A DNA stretch of 26,390 nucleotides from a virus (taxonomy: Duplodnaviria > Caudoviricetes), in the IMG/VR virus record IMGVR_UViG_3300025000_000382, positions 1 to 26,390 of that record, one strand, 5' to 3'. The first letter of the stretch is position 1. Every line of letters begins with the position of its first letter. A program made the translations under genes and the position numbers. Shown piece by piece: positions 1 through 6,473 of this stretch. Under the pieces are notes generated by a model that ran no database searches, was not told the origin of the DNA, and saw only the letters and a list, made by a program, of their open reading frames with translations.

Positions 1-489
1 CGACTCCGCGCTCCCGTAGGATTTCAACAGCCACCGATGAGTATTCAGCGCAGTCCGCAGGTTCATCTGGTTCTCTTCCAAGCCCGCCAGCCGGGCGTAG
101 CGTTTCATCCGCCGTGTCACTTCCTGGGTCGTCAATGCCTGGCTGCGCAGGGCGTTCCGCACTTGCGGCGAGGAGGTCCTGCTCGAAGACAGGGGCAGGG
201 ACGCCTTGAAGATGGGCGTCTGCAATTTCGTCTCTTGCCGAACCCAATGCGCCTGGGTAAACCCCGCAAAGCTGGATGGGAAGAGCGCCAACTGGCGTTC
301 CATGGCCAGCGCCCGCAATGCCTCGTAGACCGCCGTCGGCAGGTCCAGAACCTTCTCCAGCGCCGCTTCCCACGTCCATGTCCGCGCCTCCGCGCCGCAC
401 AATAGAAGCGAGAGGAATAGCGCCTGGTCGGCATTCTTCATGTGGTTCATCAGAACCTTGCATTGCTCGATGGAAAGGATGGTTTTCAT
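1..489 (-). CDS. Tyrosine-recombinase catalytic-domain-like protein, apparently degenerate; 3' end runs off the window
   Basis: Manual translation from ATG 489: MKTILSIEQCKVLMNHMKNADQALFLSLLLCGAEARTWTW...PIF...ALTTQEVTRRMKRYARLAGLEENQMNLRTALNTHRWLLKSYGSAES, open to base 1; starts 1 nt after the stop of 491..868. The ORF is well supported; the fold is inferred. Confidence 0.65.
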   Translation of the reverse strand, partial: MKTILSIEQCKVLMNHMKNADQALFLSLLLCGAEARTWTWEAALEKVLDLPTAVYEALRALAMERQLALFPSSFAGFTQAHWVRQETKLQTPIFKASLPLSSSRTSSPQVRNALRSQALTTQEVTRRMKRYARLAGLEENQMNLRTALNTHRWLLKSYGSAES

Positions 490-490
490 G

Positions 491-868
491 TCAGACCGAC
501 CTTTGCAGACACTGAGCCAATCGGGGCAATCCGCCGCGCTTCCAGGCCGCGGCCAGCACCGTGCCGTTCAATGTGCCAATATAGTATTCGGAGGGTTGCA
601 GGATGAAAAAAAAGCGGTTCCAATGCCAACGCTCGACGCGTTGCAGCATAGTCGCAACGCATGCGTCGCACAGATAACCGCTGTATCCATATTCCTCGTC
701 GCTATGGCGGGCTTTCGTAAATCTTTTTCCCCGACCGGGTTCCAATGCTTTGGCGCAGGCCGCGCACTTGCACGGCCTCACGTTCTGCTTCCAGGGCGAA
801 ACCTTTCCCGCTCCTGTCTCTACAATCGAGAAGATCATATCCAAATCAGAAATCATCTGGCGTCCCAT
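491..868 (-). CDS. Hypothetical Zn-finger protein (CxCxxC ... CxxC)
   Basis: CKCAAC and LCDAC motifs; GAGGAG RBS 6 nt before ATG; sits in the early operon. Confidence 0.75.
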   Translation of the reverse strand: MGRQMISDLDMIFSIVETGAGKVSPWKQNVRPCKCAACAKALEPGRGKRFTKARHSDEEYGYSGYLCDACVATMLQRVERWHWNRFFFILQPSEYYIGTLNGTVLAAAWKRGGLPRLAQCLQRSV

Positions 869-881
869 GTCAGACTCCTCG

Positions 882-1091
882 CTATGCCGCTACCGCGCGG
901 CTCTTCTGGTTCTTCGCTACCGGGAAGAGCGGCAGTTGTTGCCGGCTAGCCGCTTCCTGGCGGATCAGTCGGCGAATAAACTTCGAGCGGTCGGTGTCGT
1001 CGTCCTTCACCATACGATCCAAATCCTTCAACAGCTCCGGGTCCTTATCGAAGTTCACATTTACTTGTAGGGGTTTGGGTTCATCTGTCAT
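882..1091 (-). CDS. Ribbon-helix-helix (CopG/Arc/MetJ-like) DNA-binding protein in the Cro position
   Basis: Strand QVNVNF followed by ELLKDLDRMV and DRSKFIRRLIRQE; AGGAG RBS; first gene of the leftward operon. Confidence 0.8.
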   Translation of the reverse strand: MTDEPKPLQVNVNFDKDPELLKDLDRMVKDDDTDRSKFIRRLIRQEAASRQQLPLFPVAKNQKSRAVAA

Positions 1092-1106
1092 CGTCGCTAA
1101 CTCCTG

Positions 1107-1200
1107 TTTCCAAACGGGAAATAAGTTATTCCGTACAGGAACATTATACTCATTTATATAATAATGTCAAGTAGGAAATTGTCTATTACCCCTTAGGAAA
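1107..1200. promoter_or_regulatory. Four palindromic operators, consensus TTTCC-N5-GGAAA (1107-1121, 1128-1142, 1164-1178, 1186-1200)
   Basis: TTTCCAAACGGGAAA, ATTCCGTACAGGAAC, ATGTCAAGTAGGAAA, TTACCCCTTAGGAAA; two pairs spaced 21 and 22 bp, between divergent regulators. Confidence 0.75.
1143..1170 (-). promoter_or_regulatory. Early lytic sigma70-type promoter
   Basis: Minus strand TTGACA (1170-1165), 16-nt spacer, TATAAT (1148-1143); overlapped and flanked by the operators. Confidence 0.8.
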
Positions 1201-1227
1201 ATCGCTTTTGATAATATCTATCTGCCC

Positions 1228-1611
1228 ATGAAAATAAAATTCGGTTCTTGGCTAAAAGATGAACTAATAAAAGCGCGAATTAATCAAACTGATTTGGCGC
1301 TGAAAATAGGTCTTCAACCTCCTCAAATATCTAGGATTATTTCAGGTGATCGAGGAACCAGTATCGAAGTTCTCGAAGGTATTGCCAATGTATTGAAAAT
1401 TCCTCCCGAAGTTGTATTTCGTGCCGCGGCGGGTTTGCCAACTAAAACGGAATCGGATGAATGGGTTGAAGAGATGAAATATAAGATCAGCCAAATTCCT
1501 CCCGAACTTCGGCCAACGGCCGGCCGCGTCATCGCTGGTTTTGTGGAAGAAGAAACCAAAGTCTCACGGCCCGCCAGGCGTGAGCCAAAAGCCAGCCCGG
1601 TAAAATCATGA
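1228..1611 (+). CDS. XRE-family HTH transcriptional regulator, CI-like immunity repressor
   Basis: INQTDLALKIGLQPPQISRIISGDRGTSIEVLEGIANVL HTH_3 pattern; divergent from the early operon; no S24 peptidase domain. Confidence 0.9.
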   Translation: MKIKFGSWLKDELIKARINQTDLALKIGLQPPQISRIISGDRGTSIEVLEGIANVLKIPPEVVFRAAAGLPTKTESDEWVEEMKYKISQIPPELRPTAGRVIAGFVEEETKVSRPARREPKASPVKS

Positions 1612-1748
1612 ACAACAACGTTATTTCCGTCGCCTGGATTCCCTTAATACTTTTGGGCGCTTTAGCCATGTGGCTTCTCGATAGAGAAGATGAGCGTAAA
1701 TTAAAAAACGAAGACCGCCCGGATGAGGGGCGGTCAGAGGTGAACTGA
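1608..1748 (+). CDS. 46-aa single-TM peptide (candidate type I toxin or superinfection exclusion factor)
   Basis: MNNNVISVAWIPLILLGALAMWLLDREDERKLKNEDRPDEGRSEVN; ATGA overlap with the repressor stop. Confidence 0.6.
   Translation: MNNNVISVAWIPLILLGALAMWLLDREDERKLKNEDRPDEGRSEVN
1703..1735 (-). terminator. Rho-independent terminator, minus strand
   Basis: GACCGCCC-CTCATCC-GGGCGGTC followed by TTCGTTTTTT. Confidence 0.7.
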
Positions 1749-1817
1749 AGGGAAAGAGTATGACTTTGGGAACTGCCTTAAGTGGTGGGTCCGCAGCCGG
1801 CTCTTTCCCCTCAGTCC
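1703..1817 (-). ncRNA. Putative antisense small RNA
   Basis: Minus-strand TATAAT at 1829-1824; 17-bp stem 1817-1801/1758-1742 fully paired only on the minus strand (two G-U pairs); ends in an intrinsic terminator. Confidence 0.55.
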
Positions 1818-1842
1818 ATCTCCATTATACCCGTGAGAGGAA

Positions 1843-2535
1843 ATGACAGATCCCTCGGACATCGTTCAACAAGGCATTGTCGCTTACAAAAAAGGTGATC
1901 TGGTATTGGCTCGTCAACTCTTGAGCCGCGCCATCCAGGAGAACCCAGATAACGAACGTGCTTGGGGCTGGATGTTCAACGTCGCTGAGAACGATGACCA
2001 GCGCTTGTTTTGCCTCCAACAGGTACTTCGCATCAACCCGAATAACTCCGATGCCAAAAAGTTGATCAACCGTTTCATGCACCCGCCGGCGGCCGCCGCA
2101 CCATTGCCTGTTTCTACTCCGATTTTGCAACAACCTCCGTCTCCGGTACCATACGCCAAACAAACCGCAAAGGGCAAAACAGCCAAATCCAATAATCCGA
2201 TCCAAAATTACCTGATCGTCGGCGTGGGTGGGTTTATCGTTTGCATTCTTTTGATCTGCATTCTCGGCGCGCTTCTTCCCGATATTAATTCCATCTCCAC
2301 GTCTACGCCTGTTGCGCAGGAACCCGCTTCCACTCTCGCCCCTCCCATTCTTCTGACTCAGCCGGCTGCCGGAGATGTAATATGTTCCTGTAGCGACGAT
2401 CACTATAATTGTCCCGACTTTTCTGTGCATGCCCAGGCGCAGGCCTGTTTCAATTATTGCATCGCACAAGGCCGCGGTGATATCCATAAGCTCGACAACG
2501 ATAACGACGGCTCTGCCTGTGAATTATTGCCGTAA
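1843..2535 (+). CDS. Membrane protein: N-terminal TPR-like domain, Pro-rich linker, TM helix, C-terminal Excalibur-like Ca-binding domain
   Basis: QQGIVAYKKGD..ARQLL..AIQENPDNERAWGW..CLQQVLRINPNN; TM LIVGVGGFIVCILLICILGALL; YNCPDF...AQACF...DIHKLDNDNDGSACE. Confidence 0.85.
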   Translation: MTDPSDIVQQGIVAYKKGDLVLARQLLSRAIQENPDNERAWGWMFNVAENDDQRLFCLQQVLRINPNNSDAKKLINRFMHPPAAAAPLPVSTPILQQPPSPVPYAKQTAKGKTAKSNNPIQNYLIVGVGGFIVCILLICILGALLPDINSISTSTPVAQEPASTLAPPILLTQPAAGDVICSCSDDHYNCPDFSVHAQAQACFNYCIAQGRGDIHKLDNDNDGSACELLP

Positions 2536-2551
2536 ATTGATCGCTGACATC

Positions 2552-2875
2552 ATGGAAAAAGTCACGAAGAATCTTGGCTACATCCGTTCCCACTGGCGTC
2601 GCGTCGCCGTCGGCGTGATCCTGTCTGCCTTTGTGCTGGCCGGGCGCGTCTACACGGTCATGCAACGCACACACCCGCGGCGCCTGCTCATTCCAGCCAC
2701 ACTCGCACAAATTGTGCTACTCCTGGTCTCCATGCAGTTTGGTGGGGCAGGGCGGGGCCTGTATTTCTTTGCCGCCGGCACCTTTACGATCGTCGGCCTG
2801 ATCGTATGGTCGTCTACTTTTCCGCGTCCCCAATACCACTGGATACGAGCGAGTGATCCCGCTCTGGAAACATAA
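2552..2875 (+). CDS. Small multi-TM membrane protein
   Basis: Likely start ATG 2552 (MEKVTKNL...), after the upstream stop; three hydrophobic segments. Confidence 0.65.
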   Translation: MEKVTKNLGYIRSHWRRVAVGVILSAFVLAGRVYTVMQRTHPRRLLIPATLAQIVLLLVSMQFGGAGRGLYFFAAGTFTIVGLIVWSSTFPRPQYHWIRASDPALET

Positions 2876-2965
2876 CCCGTACACCCACAGATAAGCCAAC
2901 CCGCCATAGCAAGGATAGCGTAAAACAGCCACTATGCGGGTGTGGTCTGCCAGAAAGCCTTCTTA

Positions 2966-3009
2966 GTTCGGGACCGTGAGGTCGAAGGTTCAAATCCTTT
3001 CGCCCCGAC
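2966..3009 (+). other. attP core: 3' half of tRNA-Pro(CGG)
   Basis: Anticodon loop TTCGGGA, CCGTG, AGGTC, T-arm GAAGG-TTCAAAT-CCTTT, acceptor CGCCCCG-A-C; the 5' anticodon-stem arm does not pair; about 200 bp upstream of the integrase. Confidence 0.9.
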
Positions 3010-3018
3010 AAAACGGAA

Positions 3019-3066
3019 CCTCCCATAGCATGGATATGGAAATCTATTCATCCATGCTATGGGAGG
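3019..3066. repeat. Perfect 17-bp inverted repeat next to the att core
   Basis: CCTCCCATAGCATGGAT (3019-3035) / ATCCATGCTATGGGAGG (3050-3066). Confidence 0.85.
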
Positions 3067-3147
3067 CAGGCGAAAAAGGGGATTCATCCTCTGTCAACAA
3101 CTTCATATCTCGAGGCTTTCTGGAATAAAAAAAACTCTGTCCACTGC

Positions 3148-3184
3148 GAATCGAAAGACTTTTCGCATGAATCGAAAGACTTTT
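3148..3184 (+). repeat. 16-bp direct repeat with 21-bp period (candidate arm-type or RDF binding sites)
   Basis: GAATCGAAAGACTTTT at 3148-3163 and 3169-3184. Confidence 0.8.
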
Positions 3185-3206
3185 TTTGTAACCAGGAGCC
3201 ACACAG

Positions 3207-4145
3207 ATGAAATCCACCCTTCCAAAATTCACGTTTCAGCAAGTTGTCCATGGGTATACACTGGCTGCGAATGCGCGCCACCTGAGCCCGAACACATTGG
3301 CCGACTACGCCAATACATTCAAAATGTTCGCCGCGCACGCCGGGCAGGATACCATTTTCAGCGACATCACGAATAAACATATCGAGGCATTCCTCGCCAG
3401 CAAACAGGGACTGACCAATAAAACCCTGCTCAACTATCACACCGGCCTGGCCGCCCTGTGGACGTGGGCCCTAAGCGAGAAACTCGCCGAGACTCATGTA
3501 GTGAGAGCGGTGCATCCCCCCAAGCCCGAAAAGCGCGAGATCATTCCATTCACCGAGTCCGAGGTCAAAGTTATGTTGTCGGTGGTTGCGCGCTCGAAGG
3601 CTTACGACCGCCCCGGCAAACGCAGGAGCGACCATGCCGTCCCCAATGCAGACCGCAATCGTGCGATCCTTCTGCTCCTCGTGGATACAGGCCTGCGCGC
3701 CTCGGAACTCTGCAGACTGATGCTCCACCAGGTTGACCAGCGCAATTCGCGCGTTCAGGTCCTGGGGAAAGGTGCGGTCGAACGCTCGATCCCATTCTCC
3801 CCGCGCACAGGACAGGCGCTCTGGCGATATCTGGCTCGCCGGCCAAACGCGCTTCCCTCCGACCCGGTGTTCGTGACTGCGCTCAATCGTCCCCTCGACC
3901 GCGGCCAGCTCCTCAACCTGGTCGAGGGCATTGGCCAACGTGCCGGCGTCACGGATGTGCATCCTCATCGTTTCCGTCATACGTTTGCGATCCAATATTT
4001 GCGGAACGGCGGCGACCCCTACACATTACAGCGACTGCTCGGCCATTCCTCGCTTGACATGGTGAAAGAATATCTTGCCCTGGCTCAGGTGGATCTCGAC
4101 AACGCCCATCGCCGCGCCTCCCCTGTGGATAATTGGAGGCTATAG
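3207..4145 (+). CDS. int: Tyrosine recombinase / phage integrase (XerC/D-like)
   Basis: DTGLRASE (R), GKG (K), HPHRFRHTFA (HxxR), LLGH, KEY (Y); SAM-like N-terminal domain; AGGAG RBS; adjacent to attP. Confidence 0.96.
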   Translation: MKSTLPKFTFQQVVHGYTLAANARHLSPNTLADYANTFKMFAAHAGQDTIFSDITNKHIEAFLASKQGLTNKTLLNYHTGLAALWTWALSEKLAETHVVRAVHPPKPEKREIIPFTESEVKVMLSVVARSKAYDRPGKRRSDHAVPNADRNRAILLLLVDTGLRASELCRLMLHQVDQRNSRVQVLGKGAVERSIPFSPRTGQALWRYLARRPNALPSDPVFVTALNRPLDRGQLLNLVEGIGQRAGVTDVHPHRFRHTFAIQYLRNGGDPYTLQRLLGHSSLDMVKEYLALAQVDLDNAHRRASPVDNWRL

Positions 4146-4149
4146 ACAA

Positions 4150-4173
4150 GGAGCGTTACCAGCGTAACGCTCC
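4150..4173. terminator. Hairpin immediately after the integrase
   Basis: GGAGCGTTAC-CAGC-GTAACGCTCC; no strong U-tract. Confidence 0.45.
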
Positions 4174-4189
4174 ATGGAACACTTCTATC

Positions 4190-4220
4190 AATCCAAAATT
4201 CAACCACTGAATTTTGGATT
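4190..4220. repeat. 13-bp perfect palindrome (possible operator)
   Basis: AATCCAAAATTCA-ACCAC-TGAATTTTGGATT, abutting ATTATAAT. Confidence 0.7.
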
Positions 4221-4327
4221 ATAATAATCTCGTACAGCGGCAAGCCCTCCGCCGCCCGCATGCGACCCGTCAGCAGTTCCTGGTTGACCACAGCCCGCGA
4301 AGCCCAGCGCAACCACACTGCATACCA

Positions 4328-4367
4328 GACATCCCCCTCGGCAGGGCGGGGGATGTCGCTTTATTTA
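4328..4367. terminator. Terminator hairpin between the convergent integrase and lysis units
   Basis: GACATCCCCC...GGGGGATGTC followed on the plus strand by GCTTTATTT. Confidence 0.6.
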
Positions 4368-5069
4368 TGGATTATATGGATGATGCGGCAACACCACTGC
4401 TCCCAGCCTGTCAGCCCAAATAAATTGCGGACCGCGAGAAACGAACGGAAAACAGCAGTGTCTGCCTTTGTTATGGGGAAACGGATCCACGCGCCATGGT
4501 CCCGTCTTCGTCCACAAACCGTCATAGCCAAACGGAGTGGAGTTTGTAGCAATGTGAATCAACCAGGGATGCGTCTCACGATTGCAATCCGCAAATGCTG
4601 GCGGGGGCTTGTTGCCATCCAGTGTCTCGACTTGCACCCAATCGCCCGTAATGTCCCCAATCACCTTAACCACGTTGCCCCCCATCGTAATAGATTGCAA
4701 GGCGGGCAGCCCTTTGTCGTCGCCAGTCCCGTTGATGTAATCCCGATGGTCGCTTTTAGGCTTGGCAGAGAATCCGTGATTGTTGCAAATCGCCTTGCCG
4801 GTATCATAAAAATTGCGCCACGCCTTTTTTCTCTCCGCGATGGTCATACTCGCGGGAGAGTACTCGGTCAACAGGGCAAACTGATACTCTTGCCACGCAT
4901 CTGTCATCGGCATAAACCAGTAATCTTTACACGGACACATCTCAGGGAATCCCTGGTAATCATCCAGGTCATACGCCGGATCTAGAGAGCGCGGCAAGCC
5001 GGATGCGCGCTCATAATCATGCAAGACACGCCGATACTGCGATGTGTTTTTTACAATGATTTTAATCAT
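4365..5069 (-). CDS. Hypothetical protein, last gene of the lysis cassette (possible SH3-like segment)
   Basis: 234-aa ORF, ATGA-coupled to the upstream gene; GGNVVKVIGDITGDWVQVETL resembles SH3 strands. Confidence 0.75.
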   Translation of the reverse strand: MIKIIVKNTSQYRRVLHDYERASGLPRSLDPAYDLDDYQGFPEMCPCKDYWFMPMTDAWQEYQFALLTEYSPASMTIAERKKAWRNFYDTGKAICNNHGFSAKPKSDHRDYINGTGDDKGLPALQSITMGGNVVKVIGDITGDWVQVETLDGNKPPPAFADCNRETHPWLIHIATNSTPFGYDGLWTKTGPWRVDPFPHNKGRHCCFPFVSRGPQFIWADRLGAVVLPHHPYNP

Positions 5070-5428
5070 GGGTATTGATAATTAATTGTCTGTGTGCCTG
5101 CGAGTAGGCCGTTGGCGGTGAGGACGTCAACTTCGGCGGACTGCACAAGCACGTCATCTACCCAAATTTCGACAGTCTTCTTGCCGCCGCTACCACCCTC
5201 AGGGTCCAGATGGATGAATCCATTGGTTGCGCCTTCGTAGGAATAGTTCTCCGCGCCGGGCAATGGAATTGACACGCCAGCCCGCATGATGCTGGTCAGA
5301 TGCCACCATCCGTTGGTCTTGAAATCGGCGGTTACTTTGTCGTCTCTACTGAGACCGCCAAGCGCGTTTGCGTTTGGATTGGGATTGTCGCGAATATAGA
5401 GACTGTATGCCAAAACTGTTCCGTTCAT
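5066..5428 (-). CDS. Stand-alone SH3b-type cell-wall-binding protein
   Basis: GTVLAYSLYIRDNPNPNANALGGLSRDDKVTADFKTNGWWHL; own TAAGGAG RBS; ATGA overlap with the lysin stop. Confidence 0.75.
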   Translation of the reverse strand: MNGTVLAYSLYIRDNPNPNANALGGLSRDDKVTADFKTNGWWHLTSIMRAGVSIPLPGAENYSYEGATNGFIHLDPEGGSGGKKTVEIWVDDVLVQSAEVDVLTANGLLAGTQTINYQYP

Positions 5429-6159
5429 AGGTTGCTCCTTATTTTGATAACGATTTTATTTTGTGGTTCTGGCGGGACGACAACCGTTCCACCGAAGAGT
5501 TCTTCGAGTTCTGCTTGTGTGCCCATAAATTTATTTTCGTCAACGGCGCTTTTCCCATTGGTTATCCCGTAATCATTCGGATTCCCGCTAAAACCGTACT
5601 GATGGGGGTCCAAGTCGGGAAAGGGTGTCGGTGCTTTGCGAAGTTTCTCGTCCGCCGATGCCCAGAACGGCGCAACGGGCGGATCATCGTCAGGGTCGGA
5701 CAACCAGATGCCGCCATCAAACAATCGCAACCATAGCGCGGCGGACGTGCCATATGACAACCAATATCCCCAATTTGTGTACAGCAACAATTTGCCAGTA
5801 TAGCCAAGTTCCCGAAGGCGATTGACTGCATTGTAGAGATCGTCATAATCCGGAATAGACGTTGAATAACTCTCAAAATCAACCGCAATCAGCGGCTCAT
5901 CTTTCAACCGCGCATACCACGCCTCTGCCTGGCGACGCGGGTCGTACCAATTCCGACCATGACACCAGACATAGGGTGCGGCTAGTTTACCCGCCATTCT
6001 TGCGGCTATGATTTCATCGAGATAATACAAAGCGGCATTGGGGCCGTCAAAGGCTTTCAGGAATACAAAAACAGATTGACTTCTTGCCCAGTCTATCGGG
6101 CAGTAGCCCTGGTCATCGTTCTGCCAGTCCCAACGCGAATGGTCACTTCCAATTATCAT
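5425..6159 (-). CDS. Endolysin, GH25 muramidase catalytic domain
   Basis: IIGSDHSRW, IDW, FVFLKA, AVDFES (DxE), LYTN, IWLS, HQY, VDEN motifs; start moved to ATG 6159 because of the GGAGAG RBS and ATGA coupling. Confidence 0.88.
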   Translation of the reverse strand: MIIGSDHSRWDWQNDDQGYCPIDWARSQSVFVFLKAFDGPNAALYYLDEIIAARMAGKLAAPYVWCHGRNWYDPRRQAEAWYARLKDEPLIAVDFESYSTSIPDYDDLYNAVNRLRELGYTGKLLLYTNWGYWLSYGTSAALWLRLFDGGIWLSDPDDDPPVAPFWASADEKLRKAPTPFPDLDPHQYGFSGNPNDYGITNGKSAVDENKFMGTQAELEELFGGTVVVPPEPQNKIVIKIRSNL

Positions 6160-6257
6160 CGTTTTCTCTCCAACGGCTTCGGACACTCACGCCCAGCCGC
6201 CCGCGCCAGGCAATAGGCGAAAAACAGGAAGAGCAGGTAGGCGATGATCCAAATCAT
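6156..6257 (-). CDS. 33-aa single-TM peptide, candidate micro-holin
   Basis: MIWIIAYLLFLFFAYCLARAAGRECPKPLERKR; ATGA overlaps at both ends; immediately upstream of the endolysin. Confidence 0.65.
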   Translation of the reverse strand: MIWIIAYLLFLFFAYCLARAAGRECPKPLERKR

Positions 6258-6463
6258 TTCGCCACCACCTGAATCTCCGCTGTGGGATACTGACCAGGTC
6301 GCAAAATCATCACAATCGTGATCTCGGTTTGGTCGGCGTCAAACAATTTATTCATCTCCGCCAGCGTATGCTGGATGCGCCGCCGGCGATCTCCTTCGAC
6401 AATCGCCTGCGCTTGCGCCGCAGATAATGCATCTTTGGATTCGGGAATGATGTTTTCGTCCAT
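6254..6463 (-). CDS. Small hypothetical protein (possible tail fibre chaperone)
   Basis: 69-aa ORF with AGGAG RBS directly after the fibre gene. Confidence 0.7.
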   Translation of the reverse strand: MDENIIPESKDALSAAQAQAIVEGDRRRRIQHTLAEMNKLFDADQTEITIVMILRPGQYPTAEIQVVAK

Positions 6464-6473
6464 AATAATTCTC

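Noticed and set aside
132-434. Arg-rich minus-strand ORF and the plus-strand ORFs at 37-949
   Set aside because: Alternative frames of the better-supported 1..489 and 491..868 genes
1825-2487. 220-aa minus-strand ORF
   Set aside because: Antisense to the TPR-Excalibur gene, which has clear domain motifs
2936-3010. Functional full-length tRNA-Pro
   Set aside because: The anticodon stem (CTTAG vs CCGTG) and D-arm do not pair and there is no CCA; treated as an att core
3059-3440. ORFs overlapping the integrase start as a possible excisionase or arm-binding extension
   Set aside because: No HTH or Xis pattern; they run through att repeats; int has its own RBS and ATG
4214-4985. Plus-strand ORFs 4214..4423 and 4260..4985
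   Set aside because: They cross a terminator hairpin and lie antisense to the coupled lysis gene; no RBS or motifs
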